The position numbers were made by a program, and so were the translations under genes. Under the pieces are notes generated by a model. The model made no database searches. It was not told the origin of the DNA and saw only the letters and a list, made by a program, of their open reading frames with translations. Shown piece by piece: positions 9,055 to 19,536 of a stretch of DNA of 51,730 bases (the first letter of the stretch is position 1; every line of letters begins with the position of its first letter). The DNA comes from Alphaproteobacteria bacterium (GTDB lineage Bacteria; Pseudomonadota; Alphaproteobacteria; CAAHEQ01; UBA3637): NCBI GenBank assembly GCA_045536135.1, contig JAZSNA010000008.1, positions 1 to 51,730 of the forward strand, read 5' to 3'.

Positions 9055-9945
9055 ATGGAAGAGATTGTATTTCCAAATCAAATTCGTCAAATCAGACGCT
9101 TACGTGGATATCGAATGAAAGAAGTAGCCGACGTGTTGAATATGTCGTTATCAGCTATCAGTAAAATAGAAAAAGGATATCGACGGTTAAACGGCAAACA
9201 ACTGACTTTAATTTGTGAATTTTTAAATTGTGAAAAAGAGAAGCTTTTTATCAATAATTCACAATCCAATCCCGATGTTATCACCGCTTGGACCGCGGAA
9301 CAAATTCGACGTCACCAAATCAATGAACAAGGCGGATTAAAAACTTTGGGGGCCGGATTAAGGTATATTCGGGGACAAAAACGAATCACACTGGCCCAAA
9401 TTTCACAAACAGCTCAAATAACTTTATCCGTTTATCATCGAATTGAAATGGGACAACGAGAGGTGTCAGAGTTCGATTTATCCAAAATCGCTTATGCTTT
9501 GGGATATGACCTTGAGACCCTTCAAGCCTGTATTTATGATTTAGATCAACAGGGAAAATTAACTCATCTTAAAAAGAAAAAACCATCCGGTATTTTTCAA
9601 TCCAAGGGCGGATATAACGATATCGCAATTGATCAAACCGCTGAATTACCCAAGGTTCCTATTTACGCTTCCGATTTTAATCAAAAAATTTCAATTAAAT
9701 TTGATCAAATTATTGACGAAATTAATTATCCGGATATTCCAACAAAACACATGTTTGGAATTTTACTTGGAAAGGATGTTTTATCAAACTTATTTCCGAT
9801 TAACAGAACTTATCTGGTTTTTGATAAATCCAAAACACCAACGCCAGACGATTTATGTTTAATTAAGGAAAAGAAAGATGAATTTATTTTAGGAAAATCA
9901 AATTCATCAAATTCGTGGCCAATTGTTTATATTTATATCAGGTAG
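9055..9945 (+). CDS. Transcriptional regulator with two XRE/HTH_3 domains and a degenerate S24-like C-terminus
   Basis: NQIRQIRRLRG..MKEVADVLNMSLSAISKIEKGYRRL and GAGLRYIRGQKRITLAQISQ..LSVYHRIEMGQRE; AAGGGAG SD. Confidence 0.85.
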   Translation: MEEIVFPNQIRQIRRLRGYRMKEVADVLNMSLSAISKIEKGYRRLNGKQLTLICEFLNCEKEKLFINNSQSNPDVITAWTAEQIRRHQINEQGGLKTLGAGLRYIRGQKRITLAQISQTAQITLSVYHRIEMGQREVSEFDLSKIAYALGYDLETLQACIYDLDQQGKLTHLKKKKPSGIFQSKGGYNDIAIDQTAELPKVPIYASDFNQKISIKFDQIIDEINYPDIPTKHMFGILLGKDVLSNLFPINRTYLVFDKSKTPTPDDLCLIKEKKDEFILGKSNSSNSWPIVYIYIR

Positions 9946-9951
9946 GGGAAA

Positions 9952-10557
9952 ATGACAAATATTAAAGAATGGAGTATACAAAATCAAAAAAAGAAATCAG
10001 AGCATTTCGAAACAGCTTCTGTCACAGCTCAACGGTTGATTAATTTATATCGACATATTGATTCCTTAAAAGACGATGAATTAAATGCTTTTAACCAAAC
10101 AATTTTAAATGAAGTTAATGAATCGGTTTTAAACGCCCTTTCCAGTATTCCCGGCGGACATGATATTAAAGAATATGTTCTATATATTCAAAATTCAAAA
10201 CACGTCGATATGAGTGATAACTTTAATTCAATAAATAATGCGATATCATCCAAATTATTACCGTCTGCGGAAGAGTTATCACCACTTTGGGATATGATGA
10301 GCTTTAATTCAACAGCCGAATCTGACAAACAATTTCAAAAACAGCTTTTAAAAATAGAAGAAGAAATTTTATCAGTTATTCCCGAAGCGGAAATCAAAGA
10401 AAAAGTCACCGAAATTTTTCAAAAATATCAAAACTTATCAACTTCTCAAACCGATAAAAATTTTAAATCGTCATTTTCATCAAAAAAGGGGGGTAAATTT
10501 ATCAAAGACACTAAAAATACATCGTTTAGTGTCAATTTAGTTGATGATATTAAATAA
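9952..10557 (+). CDS. Hypothetical protein (201 aa)
   Basis: ORF 6 nt after the regulator, GGGG SD; no family recognised. Confidence 0.8.
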   Translation: MTNIKEWSIQNQKKKSEHFETASVTAQRLINLYRHIDSLKDDELNAFNQTILNEVNESVLNALSSIPGGHDIKEYVLYIQNSKHVDMSDNFNSINNAISSKLLPSAEELSPLWDMMSFNSTAESDKQFQKQLLKIEEEILSVIPEAEIKEKVTEIFQKYQNLSTSQTDKNFKSSFSSKKGGKFIKDTKNTSFSVNLVDDIK

Positions 10558-10611
10558 AAATTAACTATATATTGGTTATTCTGAATTATAAAAACAATAC
10601 GGAGAAAAATA

Positions 10612-12093
10612 ATGGAACAATTGGAACAAATTAAAGCCGCATTAAATTCATATCATCAAAATCAAGAAACTTTAACTCCTTTGGTTGATACAGCCATGCG
10701 GGAGTTAGGGGAGAATTGGATGAAAGATCTGCCGATTTTTTTACAAAATTCGAATTTAGATCCGCAAGAGCAAAATGAACTTCTGGAAAAAGCAAACCAT
10801 GCCATTTATTATCATGGAGCTCTTTTGGCTTGGCAAGAAGCTTCTGATTACCTATCTCATCCTGATGCCGTTGACTTAACCGTTTTACAAACCCGTCTGC
10901 CTATTTTAGAATATTGGTTGGAAATGTTTGGGGAAGAAGGTGCCGATTTATTAAATCAAGTTAAAGCACTTCAAAATCAAACAGACAATACATCTGTTCC
11001 GGAAGCCGGCGAAAATTTATTGGCCGATGAAGTTATACTGACAAACCAAGAAGAAATCACGCCGGTTGAACCTGTTTTAAATAAAAGTGAAGATTTATTG
11101 GCCGATACAACCGTCGAACCGATTAATGCCAATGATGACAATGCTTTATTAACTTCTGTTTCTGATGAAACAAAGCCTGAAATCATCCCCGAAGTTGAAG
11201 TTAACAACACAACCGAACCAATGGTACCAATTACACCTGTCGATGATATGACACCAACAGAAGATGTTTTATCGGAAGTGACAAATATGCCTATTGAAAC
11301 CGTTGAACCATCCGCTTCGGTTGAATCAGTTGATGATGAAGAAATGTTTATTTCCACGAACACTCAATCGGATGAAGTGGCAAATATATCTGTTGAATCC
11401 GTTGAACCATCCGCTTCGGTTGAATCGGTCGATGATGAAGAAATGTTCATTTCCACAAACACTCAATCGGATGAAGAAATAAAACCGATTAGTGAAACAG
11501 CGCCAATTGATAATATTCAAGATAAAAGCTTTTTAATGTCGGAAAATTCGAATCTTGATTCCGATATTCAAACAAATACCGTTGACGAAGAAATGTTCTT
11601 ACAAACATCACCGGCTCCTGAGGAAAATAATACCTTAAAAGCCATTGATCCGGAGGATTTATTGGAGACTTCGGATGATGTTTTACAAACAATTTCCGAA
11701 CCCAAACCCTTTCAACAGCATAATTTGGAAAGATTAATTGATTTATATGAAAATGTTTCTTCTTGGATTTCGGCTAGATGTATTGAAATGGGCAATTTAG
11801 ATGAAAAAGAATATCCTTATTACGGTTTCTTGGTTGATTTAATGCGTCAAGTCTATCAATCAATTGATGTTTTGGAAGATAAAACTCCCTATGCCCATTT
11901 ACAACAATCTATCAAAGTCCGCTTGGATGAAGTCAATGAACCCGTTGAATTGACCGAAGATAATTTAACACAAACTGATGCTCGCCAAGCTTTGGGGGAA
12001 ATTGACACATCAAATACAAAGGAATATTTGGGGCCGGCTCCGGATAATTTTGAAGCCATTGACGATCCGTTTACAACGAAATCTGATAGCTAG
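10612..12093 (+). CDS. Hypothetical acidic protein: helical ends joined by a long Glu/Asp/Pro/Thr-rich linker
   Basis: 493-aa ORF, GGAG SD, internal duplication. Confidence 0.85.
   Translation: MEQLEQIKAALNSYHQNQETLTPLVDTAMRELGENWMKDLPIFLQNSNLDPQEQNELLEKANHAIYYHGALLAWQEASDYLSHPDAVDLTVLQTRLPILEYWLEMFGEEGADLLNQVKALQNQTDNTSVPEAGENLLADEVILTNQEEITPVEPVLNKSEDLLADTTVEPINANDDNALLTSVSDETKPEIIPEVEVNNTTEPMVPITPVDDMTPTEDVLSEVTNMPIETVEPSASVESVDDEEMFISTNTQSDEVANISVESVEPSASVESVDDEEMFISTNTQSDEEIKPISETAPIDNIQDKSFLMSENSNLDSDIQTNTVDEEMFLQTSPAPEENNTLKAIDPEDLLETSDDVLQTISEPKPFQQHNLERLIDLYENVSSWISARCIEMGNLDEKEYPYYGFLVDLMRQVYQSIDVLEDKTPYAHLQQSIKVRLDEVNEPVELTEDNLTQTDARQALGEIDTSNTKEYLGPAPDNFEAIDDPFTTKSDS
11275..11476 (+). 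repeat. Two-copy 99-bp in-frame tandem duplication (core VEPSASVESVDDEEMFISTNTQSDE)
   Basis: 11294.. versus 11393.. nearly identical; core mismatches mostly at third codon positions. Confidence 0.9.
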
Positions 12094-12101
12094 GAATAAA
12101 T

Positions 12102-13415
12102 ATGAAAGTCAATTATTTTTTGAAAGTTAGTTTAATTTTAATTGCATTAACATCCTGTCGGCGGGATTATGCTTTCCCATTTACGGTTTTGGGATGGCCG
12201 GCCCGTAAAGTTGAATCGACACAGGAACAGGTTAATGCGCCTCAAACTCAAATTTCAGAAAATGATTTTTCTGTTTCAACTTCGATTGATGTATCATCCG
12301 TTGAACCAATGGACGGATATTTCACTTCATCCAAGACACCATCGATCGTATCAACTTTATATGCGGAAAAAGAAACACGTTGTTTAATTCCGACACCACC
12401 ACAGGAAGTTATTTCCCGATATTTTTATACACCGGAAAATTTAAAACTTGTCCGAATTGACGATCCCGATTCTTTTCCACGTTTTGAAGTCAACGGATAT
12501 TCATTTGAAAATTTGGAAGTCGATCAAGCTATTCAAAATTTAGTTCAAAGCGAGGGTATTCGTGTTGTTTCAACCGATAGTTTATTTAAAAAAATGTCGG
12601 CTCAGGACCTCCACGGAGAATTAGGCGATATTATTAATGAATTAGCCGATATCAGCGATGTTTATGCTCGGTATGACGAACGGGAAAATCGTATTTACTT
12701 AACTCGGAAAGCCCGTTTCCAAATCAATCCGCCGGCTGGGCGATGGGGAATGTATGCCCTTTTAGATGCTTTTCGCGGTGCCGGAATCTTGGATGTTAAT
12801 CCGGATTGGGGCGATAATTTGATTTATATGAATATCACAAAAGAGCAAGAAAAACTTATTTTAAAACTGTTGGATTTAATTGATCGAAAACAAGAATTAT
12901 TGGTATTGGATATTCAAATGTATAAGGTCCGGCCTTATGACCATCAAATTAATTGGCGACAAATTATCGGCATGTACGGATTTAATCAGGTTAATATGGA
13001 TGCTTCATCAACTTTGGGCAAAATGATTATTACCGACAATCAAAGACAATATTATAATATTCCCAATTTGGTCAAACCGTTTGGAGATGTTTATCCGGTC
13101 GGGGAGGGTGTTGCTGTTATGCCTAATGATTGGAAAGTTCAATTTGATATCGGACATTGTACAAACTTACCGACACCCGAGTCAGGTTTTGCCATCGATT
13201 TAGAAAGTCAAATTATTTCAAAAGATCGGGTATCTTCGTTAATCACACTTAAAAATAAAAAAGGTCACATGTCTACATTTAAATCAATTTATCATACAGA
13301 TGATACAATGGTTGTTATCGGCATACCGACCTCTGTATTCAATGGCCCAAATGACAACAGTGAATATTTCTTGGTCATGAAGCCTCGCTTAATTTATTTA
13401 ATCAAAAAAGGATAA
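12102..13415 (+). CDS. Lipoprotein, probable divergent secretin-like protein (PilN/BfpB-like layout)
   Basis: Lipobox LTS-C; N-domain-like GELGDIINELADISDVYARYD; N3-like segment followed by LLVLDIQMYKV..INW (cf. QV.I.....EV..GIDW); terminal YFLVMKPRLI (cf. L.I.ITPRII). Confidence 0.5.
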   Translation: MKVNYFLKVSLILIALTSCRRDYAFPFTVLGWPARKVESTQEQVNAPQTQISENDFSVSTSIDVSSVEPMDGYFTSSKTPSIVSTLYAEKETRCLIPTPPQEVISRYFYTPENLKLVRIDDPDSFPRFEVNGYSFENLEVDQAIQNLVQSEGIRVVSTDSLFKKMSAQDLHGELGDIINELADISDVYARYDERENRIYLTRKARFQINPPAGRWGMYALLDAFRGAGILDVNPDWGDNLIYMNITKEQEKLILKLLDLIDRKQELLVLDIQMYKVRPYDHQINWRQIIGMYGFNQVNMDASSTLGKMIITDNQRQYYNIPNLVKPFGDVYPVGEGVAVMPNDWKVQFDIGHCTNLPTPESGFAIDLESQIISKDRVSSLITLKNKKGHMSTFKSIYHTDDTMVVIGIPTSVFNGPNDNSEYFLVMKPRLIYLIKKG

Positions 13416-13418
13416 CAA

Positions 13419-14096
13419 ATGACTGATTTTACACCACCACCTTTTAACGGTCCTAAACCCAATTTCGGGTCTCCGTCCGCACCAGTACCCTCCGCACCGA
13501 TGCCGGCATCCAGACCGACACCGGCACCAAGCTTTGCCCCACAACCGGAACCCATTCAACCAATTGAGCCACAAGCAACGTTGGATCCACAACCCATAGT
13601 CAATCCGATTGCATCGGATATACCCGAGGAACCGGCAATCCGTCCGATACAGGAAACAAATCCGTCGTATCAACAACCGTCTAATTCTTTTAAAGAAAAA
13701 TTTGAAAAAATTAAAGAGTTTGTTAAAGAGTGTTTGGATACTAAAAACAGAAAGATTTTAGCCGGAATTATCTTTATTTTGGGAATATTTTTCGGCAATG
13801 TTTTTTTTGGTGGAGGTGAAGGAAATCAAGTCATCCAAGGTTTAGCCGGTGTCGTTCAAAACTCCGAACCGGAAATTTCCACCAAAAGTCGTTGTGGCAT
13901 AGCCGAAAGAACACAAGGGTGTATTCTGTACCTGATGAATGCTTCTCGGACAGATAAGGAAGCCAAGGATTTTTATAATCAGGCCGCTGACATTACCGGC
14001 GTTCCGCCATACGATATTCAAATGAGCAATATTCGTTATGCAACGACAGTTATTCGTCCGGGTCATATTGCTCAATTAAATATTCCGGCCAAATGA
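13419..14096 (+). CDS. Bitopic membrane protein: Pro-rich N-terminus, one TM, small Cys-paired C-terminal domain
   Basis: PPPFNGPKP..PAP linker; TM ILAGIIFILGIFFGNVFF; SRCG..QGCILY. Confidence 0.8.
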   Translation: MTDFTPPPFNGPKPNFGSPSAPVPSAPMPASRPTPAPSFAPQPEPIQPIEPQATLDPQPIVNPIASDIPEEPAIRPIQETNPSYQQPSNSFKEKFEKIKEFVKECLDTKNRKILAGIIFILGIFFGNVFFGGGEGNQVIQGLAGVVQNSEPEISTKSRCGIAERTQGCILYLMNASRTDKEAKDFYNQAADITGVPPYDIQMSNIRYATTVIRPGHIAQLNIPAK

Positions 14097-14575
14097 TTTC
14101 TTATCGTCAATCGCAAGAGCTTGGTCATTTATATATTCAACAATTTTTTAATCGTTGTCAGTCTTTTTTCTACCCGATTAAAGATATTCAGAAGATATTA
14201 ACCGAAAAATCAATTAAAGACCTTGAAGTGGTTGGTTCGAATATTTGGAAAGGTACTTTAAATCAATCTCATTTAAAAGAAAAAAATGTTTTTTTGATTA
14301 ATCAATTAGCATTAAAAGGGAGGCTTGAAGATATTTTTTCGCCTTATTTAAAGAAAAAAAATATTATTATTTTAGAGGAAATTCCAACCAATTTTATTCA
14401 TCGTTTTCAAAAATATCTTCAATTTTATTTAAAGTACGGCTTTGCACCATATCGCTGGGAAAAAGAAAAAGTGTTAGAATTTCTGAAAAAGAATCATTTC
14501 AAGGTTGAAGTACTCTCACTTCAACGTCATTCAACCCCTTTTATGTTCATTATTGCATCTCAAACGGAAAAATAA
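14093..14575 (+). CDS. Hypothetical protein (possibly a degenerate methyltransferase-fold protein)
   Basis: ATGA overlap with the previous gene; only weak resemblance in the C-terminal part, no SAM-binding motif. Confidence 0.6.
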   Translation: MISYRQSQELGHLYIQQFFNRCQSFFYPIKDIQKILTEKSIKDLEVVGSNIWKGTLNQSHLKEKNVFLINQLALKGRLEDIFSPYLKKKNIIILEEIPTNFIHRFQKYLQFYLKYGFAPYRWEKEKVLEFLKKNHFKVEVLSLQRHSTPFMFIIASQTEK

Positions 14576-14632
14576 CTTGCAAAAAAAATCAGCTCTTGTT
14601 ATATTATCCTAATTTAAAGGAAGAATAACAAC

Positions 14633-15148
14633 ATGGAAAGAATAAAATATAACGAAGACGGCTCTTTTTATACTTTGATTGAAATTACAATGAATGATCA
14701 ACCGGTTAAATACGAATACGATAAGAAAACCGGCTATATGTCTGTTGATCGGTTTATGCATACACCGATGCGATATCCGCATAATTACGGTTTTATTCCC
14801 AATACATTATCCGAAGACGGCGATGCCGTGGATGTATTGGTCATTACCGGTGTTCCGCTTTTTCAAAATACCTTAATTAAATGCGTTCCGATCGGGGTAA
14901 TGTATATGGAAGATGAAAAAGGGAATGATGAAAAAATCTTGGCAATTCCGCATCCGGATTTAAAACCGTTTTATAATGTCAAAAATTATACAGAACTGCC
15001 ACCGAATATTATACCTGAAATTGAACAATTTTTCTTTCATTATAAAAACTTGGAAGAAAATAAGCATGTCAACATTCGGGGATTCGGCGATTATATGGAA
15101 GCCCATAAAATTATCGCTTCTGGTTTTGAAAAATTTCAAAAAAAATAA
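14633..15148 (+). CDS. ppa: Family I inorganic pyrophosphatase
   Basis: VKYEYDK, YPHNYGFIPNTLSEDGDAVDV, MEDEKGNDEKILA, FFHYKNLE. Confidence 0.97.
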   Translation: MERIKYNEDGSFYTLIEITMNDQPVKYEYDKKTGYMSVDRFMHTPMRYPHNYGFIPNTLSEDGDAVDVLVITGVPLFQNTLIKCVPIGVMYMEDEKGNDEKILAIPHPDLKPFYNVKNYTELPPNIIPEIEQFFFHYKNLEENKHVNIRGFGDYMEAHKIIASGFEKFQKK

Positions 15149-15203
15149 CTTGCTTTTCCCCTTAAAATATCGTATATAATATACAAAAAAAGGGGTTAGT
15201 CAA

Positions 15204-16340
15204 ATGAAGAAATTTTTAAAGCTTTTAATAATTATCACAATCTTATTTTCTGTTGGATACGGGGCATATCATTTTTATCAAAAACCCATTACACAAGGTC
15301 CAGTTTCTAGACAAACTGTAACCGTTATGATTGCTGGGGAACAACCATATCATCCTTCTTTCAGTTTCGTGGCTAAAATTGAATCACAGGATGAAGCAAA
15401 TGTATTGGCCCGTGTTTCCGGTTTTTTAAAAAAACAACTTTTTACCGAGGGACAAACAGTCCAAAAGGACCAAGTTCTTTTTGAAATTGAAAAAGATCAA
15501 TTTGAAGCAAATGTTCGCCGAGATGAAGCGAATTTAGCCAAAGCAGAGGCTAATTTGGCAAATGAAAAAGCACAATATGAGCGGGCTCAAAAATTATATC
15601 AAACCAAAGATGTTTCAAAAGCTCGTTTAGATGAACGTGAGGCTTCTTTTCTAACTGCAGAAGCCGTTGTCAAACAAGCACGTTCAGATTTAGAAATTTC
15701 AAAATTAAATTTAAGTTATACAGATATTGTGGCACCGATCTCTGGTAAAATCGGTGAAAAAAAATATTCTGTTGGTTCTTTAATTGGCCCAACATCCGGT
15801 CCTTTGGCTCATATTGTCAGCACAAACCCGATGTATGCGGTTTTTTCTATTTCTGAAAATCAGTTAATGCAATTACGTGGTTCTATTAATAATGGGAATA
15901 CGTCTCAAAACTTCAAAACGGAATTTGTCTTTTCTGACGGTCAGGTTTATAAAGAACCCGGGCTAATAAACTTCGTTGATGTTGCCTTGGATAATCAAAT
16001 GAATACACTGAAATTACGGGCGACTTTCCCCAATCCGAAAAATGTTTTGATTTCCGGACAATATGGACGTGTTGTTTTAACTTTAAATAAAACATTATCT
16101 GGTATTATTTTACCTCAAGCTGTCATTCAACGAGATCTATCCGGTCCGTTTGTTTATGTTGTTAATAAAGACAATATTATTGTCCAAAAAAGAATTGTTG
16201 AAGGAATGGAATTAAATAACGGCGGAATTGTGATTACCTCCGGTATTGATAACGGTGATCAAATTTTGTTGGATAATTACCAAAAAGTGCCGTTTTTACA
16301 TGATGTTCCTGTTATTCCCGTTATTCAAGGAGCAAAGTAA
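15204..16340 (+). CDS. RND efflux periplasmic adaptor subunit (AcrA-like MFP)
   Basis: ARVSGFL..F.EGQ.V.KDQVLFEI, coiled hairpin, LSYTDIVAPISGKIG, RATFPNP. Confidence 0.95.
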   Translation: MKKFLKLLIIITILFSVGYGAYHFYQKPITQGPVSRQTVTVMIAGEQPYHPSFSFVAKIESQDEANVLARVSGFLKKQLFTEGQTVQKDQVLFEIEKDQFEANVRRDEANLAKAEANLANEKAQYERAQKLYQTKDVSKARLDEREASFLTAEAVVKQARSDLEISKLNLSYTDIVAPISGKIGEKKYSVGSLIGPTSGPLAHIVSTNPMYAVFSISENQLMQLRGSINNGNTSQNFKTEFVFSDGQVYKEPGLINFVDVALDNQMNTLKLRATFPNPKNVLISGQYGRVVLTLNKTLSGIILPQAVIQRDLSGPFVYVVNKDNIIVQKRIVEGMELNNGGIVITSGIDNGDQILLDNYQKVPFLHDVPVIPVIQGAK

Positions 16341-19300
16341 ATGATTGCTGATGCATTTATTAAAAGACCTCGTTTAGCCATTGTTATTTCTTTAATTTTT
16401 TTAATTGCGGGTGCATTAACTTTAACTGTTATTCCGGTTGAACAATTCCCGAATATTACACCGCCACAAGTTTCGGTTTCGGCCGTTTATCCCGGAGCCA
16501 ATGCCGAAACCATTGAAAGTACAGTTGCACAACAAATAGAATCTGCAGTTAATGGCGTGGAAGATATGTTGTATATGTCTTCGACCAGTACAGATACCGG
16601 AACTTATCGCTTAAATGTGACATTCAAAGTCGGAACAGATCCGGATATTGCATCCGTCAATGTTCAAAACCGGATTAAACAAGTTGAATCTTCTTTGCCA
16701 CAGGAGGTTATTCGTCAAGGGATTAACACCCGTCCTCAAATGTCATCCATGTTGGCCGTAATCGGTTTTACCTCTAAAAACGCGGAATATGATGCATCTT
16801 ATTTAACAAATTATCTTTTAATCAATATTAAAGATGAAATTGCCCGAGTCGAGGGGGTTGGGGAAGTTCAGGTATTCAGTTCTTATGACTATGCAATGCG
16901 TGTTTGGGTCAGTAATGACAAACTCAAAAGTTTAAAATTATCCGTCAATGACTTAATTCAAGCCATTCAAAGCCAAAATATTCAAGCGGCCGTCGGACGA
17001 ATCGGTGCAATGCCGACCCCAAAGGATCAAGTCTTTCAAATGGCCTTAACCGCACAAGGTCGTCTCAATTCGGTTGAAGAATTTGAAAATATCGTTATTC
17101 GGGCCAATCAAGATGGTTCTTTCTTATTACTTAAAGATGTGGCTCGTGTCGAATTGGGTGCTTCCAGTGAAGATGTTTTTTCGGAATTAAACGGAAAACC
17201 TTCCGTCGCAATGGCGATCATGCAAACACCAGATTCAAACGCCATTAATGTTGCCAAAGGGGTTGAACGCAAGCTTGCCGAATTAAAACCCAGAATGCCG
17301 GCGAATATGGAATTTTCCTATTTAATGAATAATGCTGATTTCGTAAAAACATCTATTTTGGAAATTAAAGACACTTTAATTGTCAGCTTTTTCTTGGTCG
17401 TTTTTATCATTTATATTTTCTTGGGATCATGGAAGGCCACCATTATCCCGACAGCCTGTATTCCGGTGGCTCTTGTCGGGGCGTTCGCCGGCATGAGCAT
17501 TTTTGGAACGACATTAAATACCGTTTCTTTATTAGCCTTGGTTTTGGCTATCGGGGTGGTTGTTGATGATAGTATTGTCGTGGTGGAAGATGTGGAAGCC
17601 ATCATGTCTCAAAATCCCAATGGTAAACCGGCCGTATTGGTCAAAAAATCAATGGATCGGATTACATCAGCGATTATTGCCACAACTTTGGTTTTATTGG
17701 CGGTTTTTGTGCCGGTCGCTTTTGTACCGGGGATTACGGGGCGCCTTTATACTCAATTTTCAATTGCAATTTCTTGTGCGATGACAATATCAACAATTAA
17801 TGCGTTGACACTTTCGCCCGCTTTGGCAAAGATATTGATTCGTTCGAAACAAAAACATCTTAGACCGATTGAATGGTTTATGGGCATCGTTGATAAAGGA
17901 CGGGATATTTACGGGAATCTTGTTCAAAAGACTATTAATTTTTACTATATTACAACCCTTCTAATCTTTGCTATTTTTGCGTTTTGCGGTTGGCTATATA
18001 TTAAAACACCCACCGGTTTCTTGCCGGAGGAAGATCAAGGCGTTTTCTTGGTCGAAGTTCAATTACCGGCTGGTGCTTCTTTAAACAGAACCGAAGACGT
18101 GGTTAATGAAATTGAACAAAAGCTTCCGGAATTAGACGGAATTCGACAATATGTTGCAATTGTCGGATACGGTATGATGGCGGGCGGACAATCTTCAAAT
18201 AGTGCCTTCTTAATCATTAACTTAAAGGATTATGCCGAACGCACCGGAAACGAACTGGTTGTCGGAAATATCATTAAAAAATTTCAACAAGTGGTCGCTT
18301 CAATATCCAATGCCCGTGTTATTCCATTTAATGTGCCGGCTTTGATGGGGGCTTCTGTGGGTAGCGGATTTGAATACATTCTTCAAGCAACCGAAGGTCA
18401 GGATGCCGAAAAATTATCAGAGGAAGCCCAAAAATTAATTGACAAAGCCAATCAAAGTTCCGTTTTAACAAATGTTTGGACAACATATAGTACAGAATAT
18501 CCTCGGATTCAAGTTGAAATTGATCGTAAAAAAGCAGCCGCTTTAGATGTTCAAATTTCAGATATATTCTTAACCATGCAAACTATTTTGGGCGGTTATT
18601 ATGTCAATGACTTTAATAAATACGGACGAACATGGGAAGTTAAAATGCAAGGTGATATAAATGATCGTTCAACTTTTAATGAGATTTATAAGATGAATAT
18701 CAAAAATCGAAAAGGTGAAATGGTCCCCTTACAATCCGTTGTGACATTAAAACAAACAATCGGTCCGAACTCCGTTCAACGATATAATAACTATCGTTCC
18801 ATTAAAATTACAGGGCAAGCCAAACCCGGATATTCTTCCGGACAAGCCGTTGCAGAAATGGAACGTTTATCATTGGATTTACCGGCCGGATATAAGTATG
18901 AATGGACCGGTACAACCGCTCAAGAAAAAGAAGCCGGTAATACCGTTATGATTGTTTTGGGAATGGCCATTTTATTTGCCTATCTGTTTTTGGTTGGATT
19001 ATATGAAAGTTGGTCCCTACCCATTTCGGTTATGTTATCTGTGATTGTTGGATTGGCCGGCGCTCTATTAATGGTATGGTGGATGTCCGGTAATTTAGCT
19101 TATCCGATTTCAAATGACTTATATGCACAAATTGGTATCGTTGTGTTAATCGGTTTAGCCGCCAAAAATGCTATTTTAATGGTTGAATTTGCCCGAGATC
19201 GTCATGAAAAATTCGGTGATGACATTAAAACCGCAGCGGTTACGGCAGCTCGTCTTCGTTTTCGGGCTATTATGATGACCGCCATTTCATCTTTGGCCGG

Positions 19301-19484
19301 CTTTATGCCGTTATTAATTGCAACCGGTGCTGGTGCCCTTTCCAGACGAGCCATCGGTTCTGCAATCTTTGGCGGGCTGGCATTTGCATCTTTCCTGGGT
19401 ATCTTCTTTATTCCGGCACTTTATGTCACATTCCAAACATTGGCCGAAAAAATATCCGGTGTCAAAGAATCCGATGATATTTGA
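16341..19484 (+). CDS. RND efflux permease, HAE1 family (AcrB-like)
   Basis: [53 protein letters not shown]. Confidence 0.97.
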   Translation: MIADAFIKRPRLAIVISLIFLIAGALTLTVIPVEQFPNITPPQVSVSAVYPGANAETIESTVAQQIESAVNGVEDMLYMSSTSTDTGTYRLNVTFKVGTDPDIASVNVQNRIKQVESSLPQEVIRQGINTRPQMSSMLAVIGFTSKNAEYDASYLTNYLLINIKDEIARVEGVGEVQVFSSYDYAMRVWVSNDKLKSLKLSVNDLIQAIQSQNIQAAVGRIGAMPTPKDQVFQMALTAQGRLNSVEEFENIVIRANQDGSFLLLKDVARVELGASSEDVFSELNGKPSVAMAIMQTPDSNAINVAKGVERKLAELKPRMPANMEFSYLMNNADFVKTSILEIKDTLIVSFFLVVFIIYIFLGSWKATIIPTACIPVALVGAFAGMSIFGTTLNTVSLLALVLAIGVVVDDSIVVVEDVEAIMSQNPNGKPAVLVKKSMDRITSAIIATTLVLLAVFVPVAFVPGITGRLYTQFSIAISCAMTISTINALTLSPALAKILIRSKQKHLRPIEWFMGIVDKGRDIYGNLVQKTINFYYITTLLIFAIFAFCGWLYIKTPTGFLPEEDQGVFLVEVQLPAGASLNRTEDVVNEIEQKLPELDGIRQYVAIVGYGMMAGGQSSNSAFLIINLKDYAERTGNELVVGNIIKKFQQVVASISNARVIPFNVPALMGASVGSGFEYILQATEGQDAEKLSEEAQKLIDKANQSSVLTNVWTTYSTEYPRIQVEIDRKKAAALDVQISDIFLTMQTILGGYYVNDFNKYGRTWEVKMQGDINDRSTFNEIYKMNIKNRKGEMVPLQSVVTLKQTIGPNSVQRYNNYRSIKITGQAKPGYSSGQAVAEMERLSLDLPAGYKYEWTGTTAQEKEAGNTVMIVLGMAILFAYLFLVGLYESWSLPISVMLSVIVGLAGALLMVWWMSGNLAYPISNDLYAQIGIVVLIGLAAKNAILMVEFARDRHEKFGDDIKTAAVTAARLRFRAIMMTAISSLAGFMPLLIATGAGALSRRAIGSAIFGGLAFASFLGIFFIPALYVTFQTLAEKISGVKESDDI

Positions 19485-19509
19485 CAATTATTACTGTTTG
19501 TGGTAATAT
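19481..19509 (+). promoter_or_regulatory. Sigma70-type promoter for the GNAT-dipeptidase pair, overlapping the RND stop codon
   Basis: TTGACA-17 nt-TAATAT. Confidence 0.6.
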
Positions 19510-19536
19510 CCCATCTTATTATTTTGGGAGGGTAAA

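Noticed and set aside
9055-9945. Prophage repressor marking a prophage
   Set aside because: No phage structural, replication or lysis genes nearby and no divergent cro-like gene
11275-11476. 99-bp repeat pair as a DGR template/variable repeat
   Set aside because: Adjacent in-frame copies, mismatches not adenine-specific, no reverse transcriptase in the window
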